NCBI GenBank assembly: GCA_044892525.1
Contig: CM097886.1
Location: 126,046,001 to 126,110,000 of the forward strand
Length of the DNA stretch: 64,000 nt
Origin: Schmidtea polychroa
Taxonomy: Eukaryota
Direction of reading: 5' to 3'
In this document: in pieces, positions 63,496 to 64,000 of the stretch
Layout of the letters: each line of letters begins with the position of its first letter
Numbering within the stretch: position 1 is the first letter of the stretch
Made by a program: the position numbers and the translations under genes
Notes under the pieces: model-generated
Seen by the model: only the letters and a program-made list of their open reading frames with translations
Database searches by the model: none
Told to the model about the DNA's origin: nothing

Positions 63496-64000
63496 TAAAG
63501 TTACTGGTGTGTTTTAATGATTTTATTTAGGCAAATTTTAGGTTATTAATTAGCATTAAATTCATTGGTAATTTTTTAGAGTTAGCGGGATTTTACTAAC
63601 ATTTTTACTAACCCTTTTTTGAGTAATTGAAAGAATATTTTAAAATTTAAGGTTTTAGTGTTAATTCTAAGACAAATTTAATTAATTTCTTGATAATTTG
63701 CTATATTTTATTGACTTGTTTTTAAATTTAATTTTAAATAAAAATTATTTTTAATGACAGTTATGTTAATAATTAGAGTTTTTACAATAATCAAGTGATT
63801 ATTATTTAATTTTTATGATGACTTAGTAATGATATTGACTTTGACTAAATAATTCTTTCATATATTTTCTACGAATATTGATGAACTTTTAAATATTGAA
63901 AATCTAAAGTTGAAACCAGCTAATTTTATCATGATGATATATTTGAAATCTAATTGAAAATTATTGCAAAATATACTGAAATTTGTGATTTTGAAAGATA

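Overview
Very AT-rich animal genomic DNA with nine N-gaps. A planarian-like flatworm is my inference from composition, very short introns and the repeat types; it is not proven. One gene dominates: a minus-strand unc80 (scaffold subunit of the NALCN sodium-leak channel complex), from an ATG at 58044 to a stop at 5952 (~52 kb, roughly 45 exons). I rebuilt it by hand from GT-AG splice sites and recalled UNC80 motifs. Its introns fall into two classes: about 30 micro-introns of 31-63 nt, and about a dozen large introns full of transposon debris. The debris includes hAT elements and MITEs (several with perfect 8-bp TSDs), piggyBac-type TTAA MITEs, Tc1/pogo elements, BEL/Pao, Ty3/Gypsy, Penelope fragments, a Polinton/Maverick PolB end and an actin pseudogene fragment. 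The most unusual structures are: a fold-back Polinton PolB joined to a Penelope element; a second AGTAG-starting terminus packed with TGACTCA and CAAGGTCA motifs; and two families of near-fully palindromic elements sitting in (ATT)n microsatellites. No rRNA, tRNA or CRISPR was found. All protein comparisons are from memory, not database searches.
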